The notes beneath the pieces were generated by a model, which was not told where the DNA came from, searched no databases, and worked only from the letters and a program-made list of their open reading frames with translations. Positions 1 to 11,548 of a stretch of DNA of 64,000 nucleotides are shown piece by piece. A program made the position numbers and the translations under genes. Every line of letters starts with the position of its first letter. Within the stretch, counting starts at the first letter, position 1. This DNA comes from Antedon mediterranea (lineage: Eukaryota; Animalia; Echinodermata), in NCBI RefSeq assembly GCF_964355755.1, contig NC_092678.1:19485365-19549364 (forward strand), read 5' to 3'.

Positions 1-530
1 ATAATATTTGATGTATATTATATATACATTAAGTAAACAATGAAATATACATACATTAGCATTTTTGCTTTTTTTTCTAATCAAATGACAATATCTAGCT
101 GATATACTTTAGTTAATTAACAGTTCATTGATAATTAGGCATACACTACTGTTCTGTCGCATCAATGCTTAGTTCACCATCAGTTGGGGTTTGAGACACT
201 CGGCAAAGATGTGTTCTGGCAGATGGCTTCGCTTCTCTAATGTAACCACAGTGCAACTTATTCGCAAAACGAGATCGATTGCAATCATAATGACAGGCAT
301 AGCGCATCAACAGCGACCGCTGTCCGCCCGCAAGAAGACTTTCCTTATAATTATTGAACCTCAGTGCAACCAATGTTATACGAGATCGACGCATGATTCT
401 CCTTCTTCTTGAACGACAGCAAAGTACACAATGTTAAGACTATTTTAATGAATATAAAGTTAAATACAAGCCTACTATATGTACTAAAATGTATGTGTCT
501 AAACCCAAAAGGAGTCGTCGTGATTCCCTA

Positions 531-2960
531 CTACAAATGCCATTCGAGATTCCTCTGATATCCATCGATTATGTTACATAATCTTGCGTTCTGGCGATAT
601 TTAAATGGAATCACTTTGTTCAGACCCTTTGTAAAGTCTCGCAATTTGAATCCTGCTAGACATCTGCTAGGAACTGGAACATTTGGGATTGGCTCACCAA
701 CACATAGTTGTACAATTGGATATGTTGTTGCTGAAAATACAGCTCGTAAAAAACGAATAAACAACGAAGTGTTATCGAAGTAATCATCTTTGGAGTATAG
801 TTGTAATTTATTTAATTCTTGACACCCAGTTTCAGACCTGACTACTTCTAAAATCTGATATGCTCTCTCACGATTTACTGGATGGTATACATCGGCTTCT
901 GGAATAAACTGAAACCAACCATGAGTTTCCATCAGAAGAACTGCATGCTTATTGGTTGTACTCAGAAGAGGACGCATTGACGAAAGAAGTTGTTTAAACC
1001 CAACTACGTCTACAGCTTGCGATGCTGCAATACGATCGTACTTTGGTTTAACATCCGATTCTTTGTACAATAAAGTGAAATCTCCAACGCAACAGTTAAA
1101 GCTGATCTGATGTCTTTTAATAAAAGAGACGGCATTTCTAACGACACTGGTAATGTAACCATGAAATAGTTTGACTATCGAATCTTCGTTTTTAAACATC
1201 TTGCTTGCTCGAATGTAATCCCATCCACGAAATGGAATATCGAGAGGAGGGATACAATACTCGAGGTTACCTGCCCTTGTTGAAATTTGCTGACACTTGC
1301 ATGAAAGTAATGGAGGTCCCGTAAGTGTTGGGTTATCAAATCGTAAACTAGTTTCACAGTCACCTTTTAAGAAAAGTCCGTTGACAAAATATGTAGCGGT
1401 CGACTCGCCATGTCTTTCTGGAACCAATTGGCAGTAACCGGAAGCAAGCTCAGAGTTACTGGACCAGATACCGTTCCTAAACAAGTTTGTTCTCTGCCCA
1501 ACCAAATCGATGGAATTCCATTTGCCGGTGTCGCATTCTAATTCCAACCACTTACTCCAAACCTCTTTTATCTTTGATAGATTATCTTGGTTAAGAAGCA
1601 ATTCACCAGACGTTTTAGACTTTAGAGTATCAACATCATAAACAGCTAGCTCTTTCAGCATGGATACAAGAAAATGGAAATCCTCGTCAGGAAGTTGAAG
1701 TGAGTACCAGATATTAGTAACTGTCTCTTCAATGGCATCTCTTGAACTCTGTGTCACCATCATGTAGATGAAGAGTACATTTCTTGCCATAACAAAAGGA
1801 CTGATGTCTGCCAATTTATACCTTACATTACCGGTGAAGTCTTTTGGAAGCGATGCTGTCGTAAGTAACATGCTTCCTAAGTCACCTACATCACCAAATA
1901 AAACGTTGTAATCTCTTCTTGCTAGTGGTCCTTCGGCATCTATCGAAGACACACGTTTGGCCTCATTTAAGTTTAGCTTCAAAACATAAACTGCAATAGT
2001 TTGACTAAAGTAGCTGTGGATTTTTGTTTGTCGGCGCCAACTTAACATTCGAAGACTGTAATTTGTAACTATGTTGTAAAAAGCTTTTCGAATTTCTAAA
2101 CATGATGATTTATGACGTTTTCGATCAGCCCTTTGACAATCCACACCACAGTAAGCCACTTCACGACAGGCAGAACACTGTATTGAAAAAAAAGGTTTAG
2201 GGTTAGGCTGATTTTACTTACTTATTGTCTATTAGTAAGGAATGTTGTTTTTTAGATTTTTATTTTGGTAGTAGGCCTACTGTACGTTCTTAACTAGCGG
2301 CGCTTAATATACAGTCAGGGGAAAAATGGCAAAATTGTTCCTACAGTCTAGGGATTTTTATCAGATAATCTATATTGTTTTGACTACTCTTGTAACATGA
2401 CCACAGTGCTGATTTTTACCATTTTCCTTTAACTGCAATTATAATGTATACGGCATTCTAGACCAGTAACCCACAACATAGTCCTATTCTATATTAATGA
2501 TGTAGAAATAAGGAGGAAGTAATATTTTATTATATACATCCGTCGTAGTGATAATTCACTAGACATTTGTGACGTCGTACAGAAAACCTGCCAAACATGT
2601 GATCCGCGAAGGAAGCTGCTTTGTCGATTCTTGATGTGGGAATTCTGGGATATCTTATTTTATGCATCGTCTGCAACGCATATTTGTGGGGAGATTATCT
2701 AAAATAATGAGCTAGTTCTGCATAATAATTCAGTAATCAATTGAAACATAGCCTACCCATATGCATACAGTTTCATTACCACACGCAGAACACTGCTTTC
2801 TATTTCTATTCCACATATCACATTCAACCTGATGTCTCAGCTTATCTCGTTCCCTACAATGTTCTCCACAATATTCAGCAATGTTACACCTAGAACACTT
2901 CTTTCCCTTGTCCGACTTTTTATCCTCACAACGCCAACATAAGCCTCGTTCCACGTCCAT
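531..2960 (-). CDS. Double MYND zinc-finger + DUF4470-like domain protein (~616 aa), 2 exons: 2960-2757, 2177-531
   Basis: Exon 1 encodes MYND1 (CWRC..CSRC..EYCGEHC..H...C) and the first half of MYND2 (CSAC). Donor GTAGGC at 2756 and acceptor CAG at 2180-2178 are both phase 0 and complete MYND2 (CSACREVAYCGVDCQ..H...C). The long exon has DUF4470-like motifs (NVLFGDVGDL, LADISPFVMARNVLF, IWYSLQL) and a YDRI...VG...LL...PLL...N.HA motif typical of MYND-DUF4470 proteins. Confidence 0.85.
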
Positions 2961-3295
2961 TCTGTAACGGCATTGAACGAAATGGAGGAAAAGGAAGCAG
3001 CCTATAATAATAGTAATTACCCACACACGATAAGTTTCAAGTTTACCGTATGTAAATGTGGGAATTTCCAATAGTTATGACGTTATGGTATTAACAGCGC
3101 CATCTATAATATTAATAACTTTATAAAACACTTCAAGTTATTAGAATTAGACTTAATAAGCAAGATTATGAATATTATTGTAAAACTTGTTTGGTAATAC
3201 AGTAGAACCCCTTCTTTGGGACACCCCTAAACGAAGGCCAAGAATTATATTTAATAACAATGCCTACCCCTTTTCCGGAGAAACTTTTGGTTTAC

Positions 3296-3715
3296 CGTAC
3301 GCGTAGGCCTATATTTCGATATTAAACGCCTCCCTCGAATAATAAACGCCCCCCTCGAATAAACGCCCAACCCTCATATAGAACATCATTTAGAATAAAC
3401 GCCCCCCCCCCCACCCATACTCACCCCCCATAACATCATTTTGAAAACGTATTACAACAGATTATTTATATTATTTGAATAATCATTGATTGACATGATC
3501 TACAAATGTAGGCCTACCAATATCGGAACCAATACTTTTTTTTTACATTTTACACTGTATTTTATCACTTTTGTTGTATTTTATATCTAGGGCCGGGGGT
3601 ATTTATTTGATTACACATGTTACCATTATACCCAAAATTATTATAAAAAAAACGCCTCTCCCGAATAAACGCCTCCATCGAATAACTACCCTAAAATCCC
3701 CTTGAAAAGAGTAGG
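3296..3715. mobile_element. Non-autonomous DNA transposon (MITE-like, family E) with CGAATAAACGCC sub-repeats
   Basis: Begins TACCGTA and carries repeated cgaataaacgcc(c) motifs at both ends. Shares internal sequence (tcattgattgacatgatctacaa; taccattataccc) with the copy at 8913-9395. Confidence 0.6.
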
Positions 3716-3729
3716 CCTATTTAAAAAAA

Positions 3730-4042
3730 AGTAAACAATATTATGAAAGACCCCACTCATCCGTTACATTACTGTTATAACTTAAATAGATCAGGTATTA
3801 GGCTACGACCTCCAAGAACAAATCTTTGTAGAACTAGAAAATCCTTCGTTGTAAATAGCATTCATATTTTTAATTCTAATGTAAGACGATAATGCAATTT
3901 TTAAATAGTTTTACATTTTTAACTTTTTATCTTGTATTTTATCTGTTATAGTTCTGCACGTTTTAAATTGTTGCAATATTGTGGTTTTAATCTACCAAGC
4001 AAAGTGAATTTCCATTTTTATGGACAAATAAAATTTCTTGAA
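3730..4042 (+). mobile_element. 3' remnant of a non-LTR retrotransposon (Rex1/Babar-like ORF C-terminus) with (CTTGAAT)n tail
   Basis: Translates IMKDPTHPLHYCYNLNRSGIRLRPPRTNLCRTRKSFVVNSIHIFN, matching the D.xHP.H..SG.R..R..SF..I..N C-terminus of this clade. Followed by a T-rich UTR, AATAAA and ttcttgaatcttgaatcttgaatcttgaa. Confidence 0.6.
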
Positions 4043-4349
4043 TCTTGAATCTTGAATCTTGAACAATACTTGAGTTTAGTTAAATTATTTTTCATTTTGG
4101 TACTACTGTATTTTATTTGTTTTGTTTAATTTTCCCGCGAAAACTCTAACCAAAAACCGAAATGTTCTCCTTAAATTCAAGGGGAATATCTTTCAACGGA
4201 CAACGGCTTGGGTCCCTAAGATGTAACTCCGTTTCAAGTACCATGGACCGGTAGTTTAACGGGTAAAAAGTACTAACACACCGCCACCAATATAATGAGG
4301 AATTTGAATTTATGTTGCTGCTGCCCTCTATTCGCCAATATACGTCATT

Positions 4350-4363
4350 GTAATCTTAGCAAC
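4350..4363 (+). promoter_or_regulatory. Candidate RFX X-box-like motif upstream of the ciliary RIB43A gene
   Basis: GTAATCTTAGCAAC has a good RGYAAC half-site ~155 bp before the ATG. RFX control of ciliary genes is established, but this match is imperfect. Confidence 0.3.
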
Positions 4364-4517
4364 GTGCCTAACAACAACAATAGTAATCAACACACAACAA
4401 AAAGCCGGAGTACGTCGTTTTCTCACCGCCGCACAGTCAACACAATCGGTAGGCCTAGCTTGGTTGGAGGCAGATAGTGTCTTTACTTTATTTACACTTT
4501 TATTACGAATATTAACA

Positions 4518-7118
4518 ATGTATAAACTAGATCTTCCAATAGATTTAAAAGAACAGGCAGCGACGGAGAGGCGTAGAAATCATGAACAACAAAGGCAGAG
4601 TAGAATTTTTAATTCTAAAGTCAGAACAATCGGAGTAAGTATTGCTTGTGTTTTTAAGTTTATGGCCTGGGCTAGGCCTAGGCCTATGTGGCGCTTTCTG
4701 TAGGCTAGGCCTAGACCTAGGCTGGGTGTGCGAGGTCTGGGCAGGCATATACATATATATATATATAAATCCAAAGGCAAATTACTGAAAATAATGACAA
4801 TGCTGTGGTGTGGGTATCATCATCAGTGGCTGGATCTCAATACAATGGAGATACAAAATAAAAAAGCGAAAAGCTAAATCAAAACGAGAAGTAAAACAGC
4901 CAGAAAAGTTAGCAGAGCTTTCGGACAACACTAGGCCTAGCCTACTAGCCCTTCATCAGTGCAAGTGAAGGAATTTGGATAATATTATATATATATATGT
5001 GATACACTAAGACTAGGTATGCTAGCGGAGCTATTGTAGGTTAGGCCTATAGGTAGGCCTATTTATTAATTTTAATTATTGTATTAATTTTGCTTGTTCA
5101 TTTTTTATTCAGTTTCATGTTCGCATTCACCCAATACAAATGGCATAGGACCGGTTGGGCCGCCGACAAGTTGAGCCGAGTAGGCCTAATCATTCACTGC
5201 CTTACCTTTTATCACTTTCTGTTTGTCTTATGAGGATGCATTTTTTTTCTTTCTAAGGTTGATGTTCAGTCTTTGAATGAACAAGTACATGACCATAAAC
5301 TACGTATGCAAAGGGAAAATCAGCGTCATGAAGCATTTGGTAATTTAATTTATATTTCTTTATTTGATACGAAGAATAAATATATTAATTCAAAGTATTA
5401 ATACCTTGTTGATCCCACAATAAATTATTAACTGTAATTTTGTTTTCTTAGCCTCTGATATGAAAAGGAATGACATGATAGCTGAGCTACTACAAAAAAG
5501 ACAGGAACAGGACATTCGTAATCTAAACTCGGCAATGGTCGAGTTCCGTTCACTTCACCAGCAGCCAGATGCGGCAAGAGAATGGGATCTTAACGATCCA
5601 GACGGCAAGAAGAAAGACAAGCCAGCTAGAGTTCACGACGACGACCCACGATGCGGGATATCTAGCCTGCAGAAGTTTGACGGAGAAGACTTAAACAGCA
5701 AAGCACGACAGAACCTGATGCAGGAACAAATGCGGGAATGGACCAAGAAACAGAAAGCTGAACGTGACCTTCAAAACAAACGCCAGACAGAAGCTGATCG
5801 ACTTTACGATCTTCATCGACGTGAGATGGATCAGCGAGCCGTGGAGTTGACGCAAGCAGAGATGGATTGTCGTCGCAACATTAATCAGTCTGTGAAAGAC
5901 TACAATAAAGCATTGGTAAGAGACCGTATTAAAATACATTGTTTTTTAGTACCAACCAGTGACGTATCCACGATTTTTATAGAAATGGCCGGCCTCTGAA
6001 AATCCAAAAGAGGGCATCCCATTTTAGGGAGCATTATTATGAACATGCATCATGTTTCATCTGCTCTGAATGAACTTTTTAATACGCTTTCCGTCGAGCC
6101 GTCTGTGTAGTCAAATGGATTAGACTATGGACATTGTACGTCGATGTATGGGGTTGGAATCTTGGCCATGACCAACTTCTTTTTACTTTATAGTGAGAGA
6201 GATTATTTAGAGGGTTAGATTTAGTTATATTTAGGAAGTAGTTCGGCTATCTTTCACACTGAGAATCGGTTACATTACCCATCTTTTGCATTGAAACTTT
6301 TCTATTTAAATAATAATAAGTTTTAAGGCCTGTTTATTACAAACAATAATGAACAACGATAAGAATAAATACATTATTGTCATTAAGAAATGATAATTAA
6401 AAACCCATTATTAATTTCTAAGGTTATGTTATTAATTTTTATTCCAGGCTGATGAAAAGGCAGAAAAGGAACGCCTAAAAACACAGCAGGACCTCGACGA
6501 CAACTTCACAGAAATTGTAAACAATGTAAATGGTGACATGCTAACAGAGAATCCCGACGTAGCGCAGAGTGCGTTCGGTCCCCACCGCGTCATCACAGAC
6601 AGATGGAAGGGAATGTCACCAGAGGAAATTGAAGAAGTCCGCCGTACGCAGGATCTTCAAAGGCAGGAGAACAAGAGGATCAAAGAGGAGGAAGAGGAAC
6701 GTAATAAGGAATGGGATCAGCAGAGACTCACGGATGCCAGAGCTGGTATCCTTATGGATAGAGAGCAGGATCGACTAAGGAAAGCTTTGGAGAAGGACCA
6801 AGCTGATGAAAATAGACGATTAAGTGCTGAACAGAGATCACAGTAAGTCTTGTCAAGTAAATGCTACTGTATATACCGTTATTTTCAAGAAAGGTTCATA
6901 TTTTTTGGAGCCTGATCAGAGAAGGTGTGAAAGACCCTTTATATGAGTACTTAAAACAAAAACATCTAGGTACAGTATACTGAGATTTTTCATGTTGTTA
7001 CTTAATTATAATTATTTCTTTTTTTATTTATTACAGCAAAGATTACCTTGACAATGAGGTATACACAAACAAACCAACTGCTCAGTTTTTTCAACAGTGG
7101 AATACATCAAGTCGATAA
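4518..7118 (+). CDS. RIBC2: RIB43A-like coiled-coil protein (ciliary microtubule inner protein), ~379 aa, 5 exons: 4518-4634, 5258-5339, 5452-5915, 6448-6842, 7037-7118
   Basis: Starts MYKLDLPIDLKEQAATERRR..RQSRIFNSKVRTIG|VD, contains REWDLNDPD..KKDKPARVHDDDPRCGISSLQKFDGEDL and DMLTENPDVAQSAFGPHRVITDRWKGMSPE, and ends YTNKPTAQFFQQWNTSSR*. All introns are GT-AG with consistent phases (0,1,0,2). AATAAA follows at ~7195. RIBC1 versus RIBC2 cannot be resolved for an invertebrate gene. Confidence 0.93.
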
Positions 7119-7394
7119 CGGAACATACCATTTTTCAAAGAAGGTTGACGAATAACATCACATTGTGAAGATTTTGCATGACAATAGACAATACAATAAA
7201 CTGAACTTGTTTTTTTTAATGTAATATTAAAAGTAGATAATATTATGTAAGAATTTTAGCATTTTTTTTTCTTTATAAAAATACATTTGAACCTTACTTT
7301 ATTTGAAGGCTACAGATTGTACATGTTGTATATATTTTTATTTAATTGCGATTAGAATAAATGATTGACTTAACCTGAAATATTGAAAGAATTT

Positions 7395-7770
7395 GTTTTA
7401 TTTATTTGTTTTTTTAGTTATTTTTTTAGTTATGATACGATAGTATTTATTGTCATTTTTACAACAAGGTAATAAATAAAATTTGTTTGGTTGATTTACA
7501 TTTGATATAAACACAATAACAACGAAATTACAGAGATCTAACAAACTAGCTATTAAATACATGAATAGAATTATAATCAAATGATTGTCGGCAGCCTTTA
7601 GTGTTTTGATTCAGAGTGATCAGTCTACCAGTTTGGCTAAGCTTAAAGAATTTATTTAGAGAGTGATCTTGACGAATTTTATTGACAGTTTTTAGGATGT
7701 CCCTTTCATGAAGTAAAATAAGAGGTTCATAAGCATGTAACAGTAAGTAACTCGACATTTACAAAATGGA
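7395..7770 (-). mobile_element. 3' remnant of a non-LTR retrotransposon (Rex1-like C-terminus)
   Basis: ORF 7758-7546 ends KIRQDHSLNKFFKLSQTGRLITLNQNTKGCRQSFDYNSIHVFN, resembling the remnant at 3730-4042. Followed by a caaataaataaa tail. Confidence 0.5.
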
Positions 7771-7995
7771 TAAACTATATATCCTGCTTAAAAACCAAGC
7801 CTTATTTAAGGTTTAGGGAGTAGAGTAGGGTGATACAACCCTGACACAGGTCAGGATCGAATCCCGGTCAGGATTGACCTTGGTATTGGAAAAAAGCAAA
7901 CTTGTTAACCACCCTCCACTGTTTTGTCTGATAGCGTTTATCCTAAACTGATAAGTTGATTTTAAAACTTCTAGATGTTTGTATTGAAACTGTCA

Positions 7996-8275
7996 TACAG
8001 TGGAAAATTCTATATGGAGAACACCTTCAGGGCCCAACATTTGAACGTAGCCCTCGTTATATTTATGAGACAGTGTCCCCTTAATAGGGGTGTCCCTTGA
8101 TTAATGTTTAAATGCAGTGTTAGAAAATGTTTCCCCTCGTTCATAAGACAGTCTCACCTTAATAGAAGTGTCTCTTGTTGTTTAATGTAGTGTTGAAACA
8201 TATATTGCCCCTCATTCATTTCATGAGACAGTGTCCCTTAGAATAGGAGTGTCTCCTGATTAGGAAGTGTTGTCC
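7996..8275. mobile_element. Degenerate pogo/Tigger-like MITE (TACAGTGGAA start; gtgtccccttaatag sub-repeats); related pieces at ~3197-3230, ~30570-30700, ~55180-55380
   Basis: TA-CAGTRGAA terminus and repeated (ggggacac / gtgtcccc-ttaatag) motifs shared between several loci. Confidence 0.45.
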
Positions 8276-8912
8276 GTAATTATTACAGACACTTTCATTT
8301 GTATAATTTAACATTTATTTACTCTACTCTCATAAATTTTATTCGCAAGCATTTACAAAAGTATCCTTCATTACAAAAATTGTTAACAGTCATCACATTT
8401 TCCGAATGCAATTTGCATGATTTTATATCTTTAGTACAATAACCCTGTATAGTTTTTTAAAATATAGTTAACAATTTGTACAAAATACATTGATGCATGT
8501 ATGTTTAAAAAATTTACTGACAACCTTTGCTTTGATTAACTGTCTGTAGTTCAGCGGATGTTTTGATTTTTGTTCCCAACTAGATTCCAGCTCTAGTATA
8601 GGTATGACACGACATGCATGGCAAAATGTTTTTTTTTCTTTTATCATTTTCTAACAAAATTATCTGTATGCTGATTTTATAAAGTTTATGAATTCTTAGA
8701 GAGCAAGAGTCTCAAAGCACTGTGTGAAAACAAGATATTGAAAAGGGAGAAATTGGATGTTCACGCCGCACCAAAACGAAGAATAGAGATATCCCACGTC
8801 ACCAACAAGGGCTGAAACTACAGTAGTATGAACAAAGACGCATACAATATATATTATAATATATAATAATAAAAATGTATAAACCATACATAACATTATT
8901 ACAAAAAAATTA

Positions 8913-9395
8913 ATACCGTATTTATACGAATAAACACCTTGCTTTGAATAAACGCACCCCCCACCCATTCCTAGAACATCATTTGGAATAAATGGCCCCC
9001 TTCGAATAAACACCCTGCTTTAAATAAACGCACCCCCCACCCATTCCTAGAACATCATTTGGAATAAATGGCCCCCTTCGAATAAACACCCTGGGGCACA
9101 TACATATATATACAATTTACAACACATTTCTATTTGTAGCAGAATTCATTGATTGACATGATCTACAATTTACCAAGCATTTTGATACACTTTATCACTT
9201 CTTGATATTAATATTGTGTTGTATTTTTTCATTTATTTCATGTATCAGGGGGACAGTGATTAATTTACTATTACTGAAAACAAAAAAAAATATCTAAAAA
9301 AAATAGGCATATTACCATTATACCCCCAAAAAAAATAAACGCCTCCCTCGAACAAACACCTCTCTACAAACCCTCCTGAACAATAAATGCCCGGT
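8913..9395. mobile_element. Family E MITE copy with an internal tandem duplication
   Basis: TACCGTATTT start and gcccggta end. The block aataaacgcaccccccacccattcctagaacatcatttggaataaatggcccccttcgaataaacaccctg occurs twice (~8947-9092). Paralogous to 3296-3715. Confidence 0.6.
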
Positions 9396-10448
9396 ATGTA
9401 AATATTATTACATTTTGAATATAACTTTAATTGGATTAGTTTAGTACTTTAACAACTTATATTTTGTAAAAACATTAAATAATCGAAAACTACAGTATAA
9501 TAATATATTCATACTTACAAGAGATAATATTGCACTAAATATAACATTCTACATTAATATTAATTAGTAAATATTAATTACTGCATTTATAATTATAACA
9601 CCAAGGTTTAAAGCTTTTTAAAGTATTTCTTCTTAATTGAAAGCACCCTGTAAAGTAATACCACCTCCACCCTACCCACATTTCAAGAAAAACATTAAAC
9701 CTCAATACATTTTATTACTGTAATACTTATTTTATAACAATCAATTTTTCAATTACATAATATCTAATTTTGTGTAGCTCTGGTGGTGATCATTTTGGAA
9801 TAAGATTATTTTGATAGAAAAAGAATAAATGTCCTCGAATATAACAATACATTTAAAAAAAAAACAAACTTGATTAAAACAACAACAGATTTACAATATT
9901 ACATCAATAATTTAAGTTGCATAAACAAATGTTTTAACTTTTTGAGATAATTATAAATATGCTAACATTTAACAGTATTACATAATATAAATATAACATT
10001 TTTTTTAGATAATATAAGTATCAGCCTTAAGGCCCATTCACACTAGGACGATAACGATAAGTATCAGCCTTAACTTGGGAAATACCATATTTTTTGTGTA
10101 AGCCAACTTGTTTTTATAGAAAGACCTTGTTATCATATATATTTTTTTCTTATAATAGAAGTTATTCTAATAGTCATCTATAGAATTTAAATTTAATGGT
10201 TAAAAAAAACAGTACTTTTGACAAAAAAGTGTGTAAGCCCAAATATGGTAGTTACTGTATATGCCCAAATATCAAATAGCTTAGGTGTAGATTTCAGCCC
10301 AGCAAGTACTGCCAAGTTGCAGATCAAGAAATTTATTAACTGTGGTTTTATTGAGAAAGAAAATGATGATATCTAATATCTCTGAAGAAGCACAGCGATG
10401 TACCGTAGTGACTTTACAAATTTTTCTCCTCAGTTATACTGATCAACT

Positions 10449-10969
10449 CTATGTATCTACTAATACATTCTGAGGGTCCTCTGGTGATGCAAGTTGTGAT
10501 TCTTTTGCAAGGGATGAGTTTTGTTGTTTTGCATCACCAATTGATGCTCTTTGATTATCTTCTGATGAATTCTGAGGCTCATCAGAAACTGTTAAGCTTT
10601 TTAGCTTCTTTAAAACCGCATCAGAGTTTTTATCAGAAGATGTTGCCACTAGTTCATCAGCTTCTTCATTATGAATTAAGGTTTCTTGATTCCCACAAGC
10701 TGCTTTCTCTTCAGTGACATCATCTGGTATGTATTCTGGTGTTGCAGAGCAAGCTGCTTTCTCTTCAGTGACATCATCTGGTATGTATTCTGGTGATGCA
10801 GAGCAAGCTGCTTTCTCTTCAGTGACATCATCTGGTATGTATTCTGGTGTTGCAGAGGAACTTTGAGAAAACCGAGAACTACGAAAGAAGCGAGAGAACA
10901 GACCTCGTTTTGGTTCACTTTCCACTGGTTCGGGCTTCCTTGATGTTGCTGCCGCCCTGAGTAATTTTT
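10449..10969 (-). CDS. HDAC11: Putative alternative terminal exon of HDAC11 encoding a ~173-aa low-complexity acidic tail with 3 x 18-aa repeats
   Basis: Acceptor TTTGCTACAG| at 10970 is phase 1, matching a phase-1 donor CAAG|GTGTGA at 11566 inside the last HDAC11 exon. The frame is open to TAG at 10449 (KLLRAAATSRKPEPVESEPKRGLFSRFFRSS...SATPEYIPDDVTEEKAAC x3). Confidence 0.6.
10696..10857. repeat. 3 x 54-bp coding tandem repeat
   Basis: Unit caagctgctttctcttcagtgacatcatctggtatgtattctggtg(t/a)tgcagag. Near-perfect, and the length is a multiple of 3. Confidence 0.95.
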
Positions 10970-11548
10970 CTGTAGCAAATAAAAAACTGAGAGTTAAATA
11001 AATTCCAAATGTGACATCATCTTGTCAATTCTTTCCTTGTTCAGTATTGTACTTTGCATTTTTCAATGTTATGATAGTCCACTATATTTTTGTTGTTCAA
11101 GGGCCGATCCAACATTTAAAGTATAGGACATAAAGTATTCATTTTCAGGTAGACCAAGCTCGTAACCAGTAGTGTACTGTTACTGAAGGGTTATTTTTTT
11201 TTTAACAAAAAGGGGCAGTTAAGTACGTAGGATTGAAAAAAAATCTTCATGAGCTAGTCTAGTTACAATTAGTCAACTCTCCAAATACCGGACTAACTGA
11301 AAATTCTCCCAAAACCAGGATTTTCTTGAGGTTAAAAAATTTAGGTTCCCTAAATCCGTTTTTAAAACACATTCAGAATATCAGACTTTCCAGTGTGTTT
11401 GAAAAACCCAAAGGTGTCTGGTATGGTATTGGGAGAGTTGTTTGTACCTCCTGCTGGAATATACAGGAAAAAGGTGATAAAGAGACAGAACCACCTGTGC
11501 TGGCTACAGGCTTGTAGACAGTACATGCATCTATTTATGCCATATAAA

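Noticed and set aside
146-412. Overlapping short ORFs (146-394 -, 191-412 +)
   Set aside because: No recognisable motifs. The segment may be a non-coding first exon of a neighbouring gene, but this cannot be supported from the window.
2961-3071. N-terminal extension of ORF 2730-3071 with a hydrophobic stretch
   Set aside because: It relies on a non-ATG start. The first ATG (2960) directly precedes the MYND finger, so this stretch is treated as 5'UTR.
8696-9013. 105-aa hydrophobic ORF
   Set aside because: Runs through a MITE and AT-rich low-complexity DNA; spurious.
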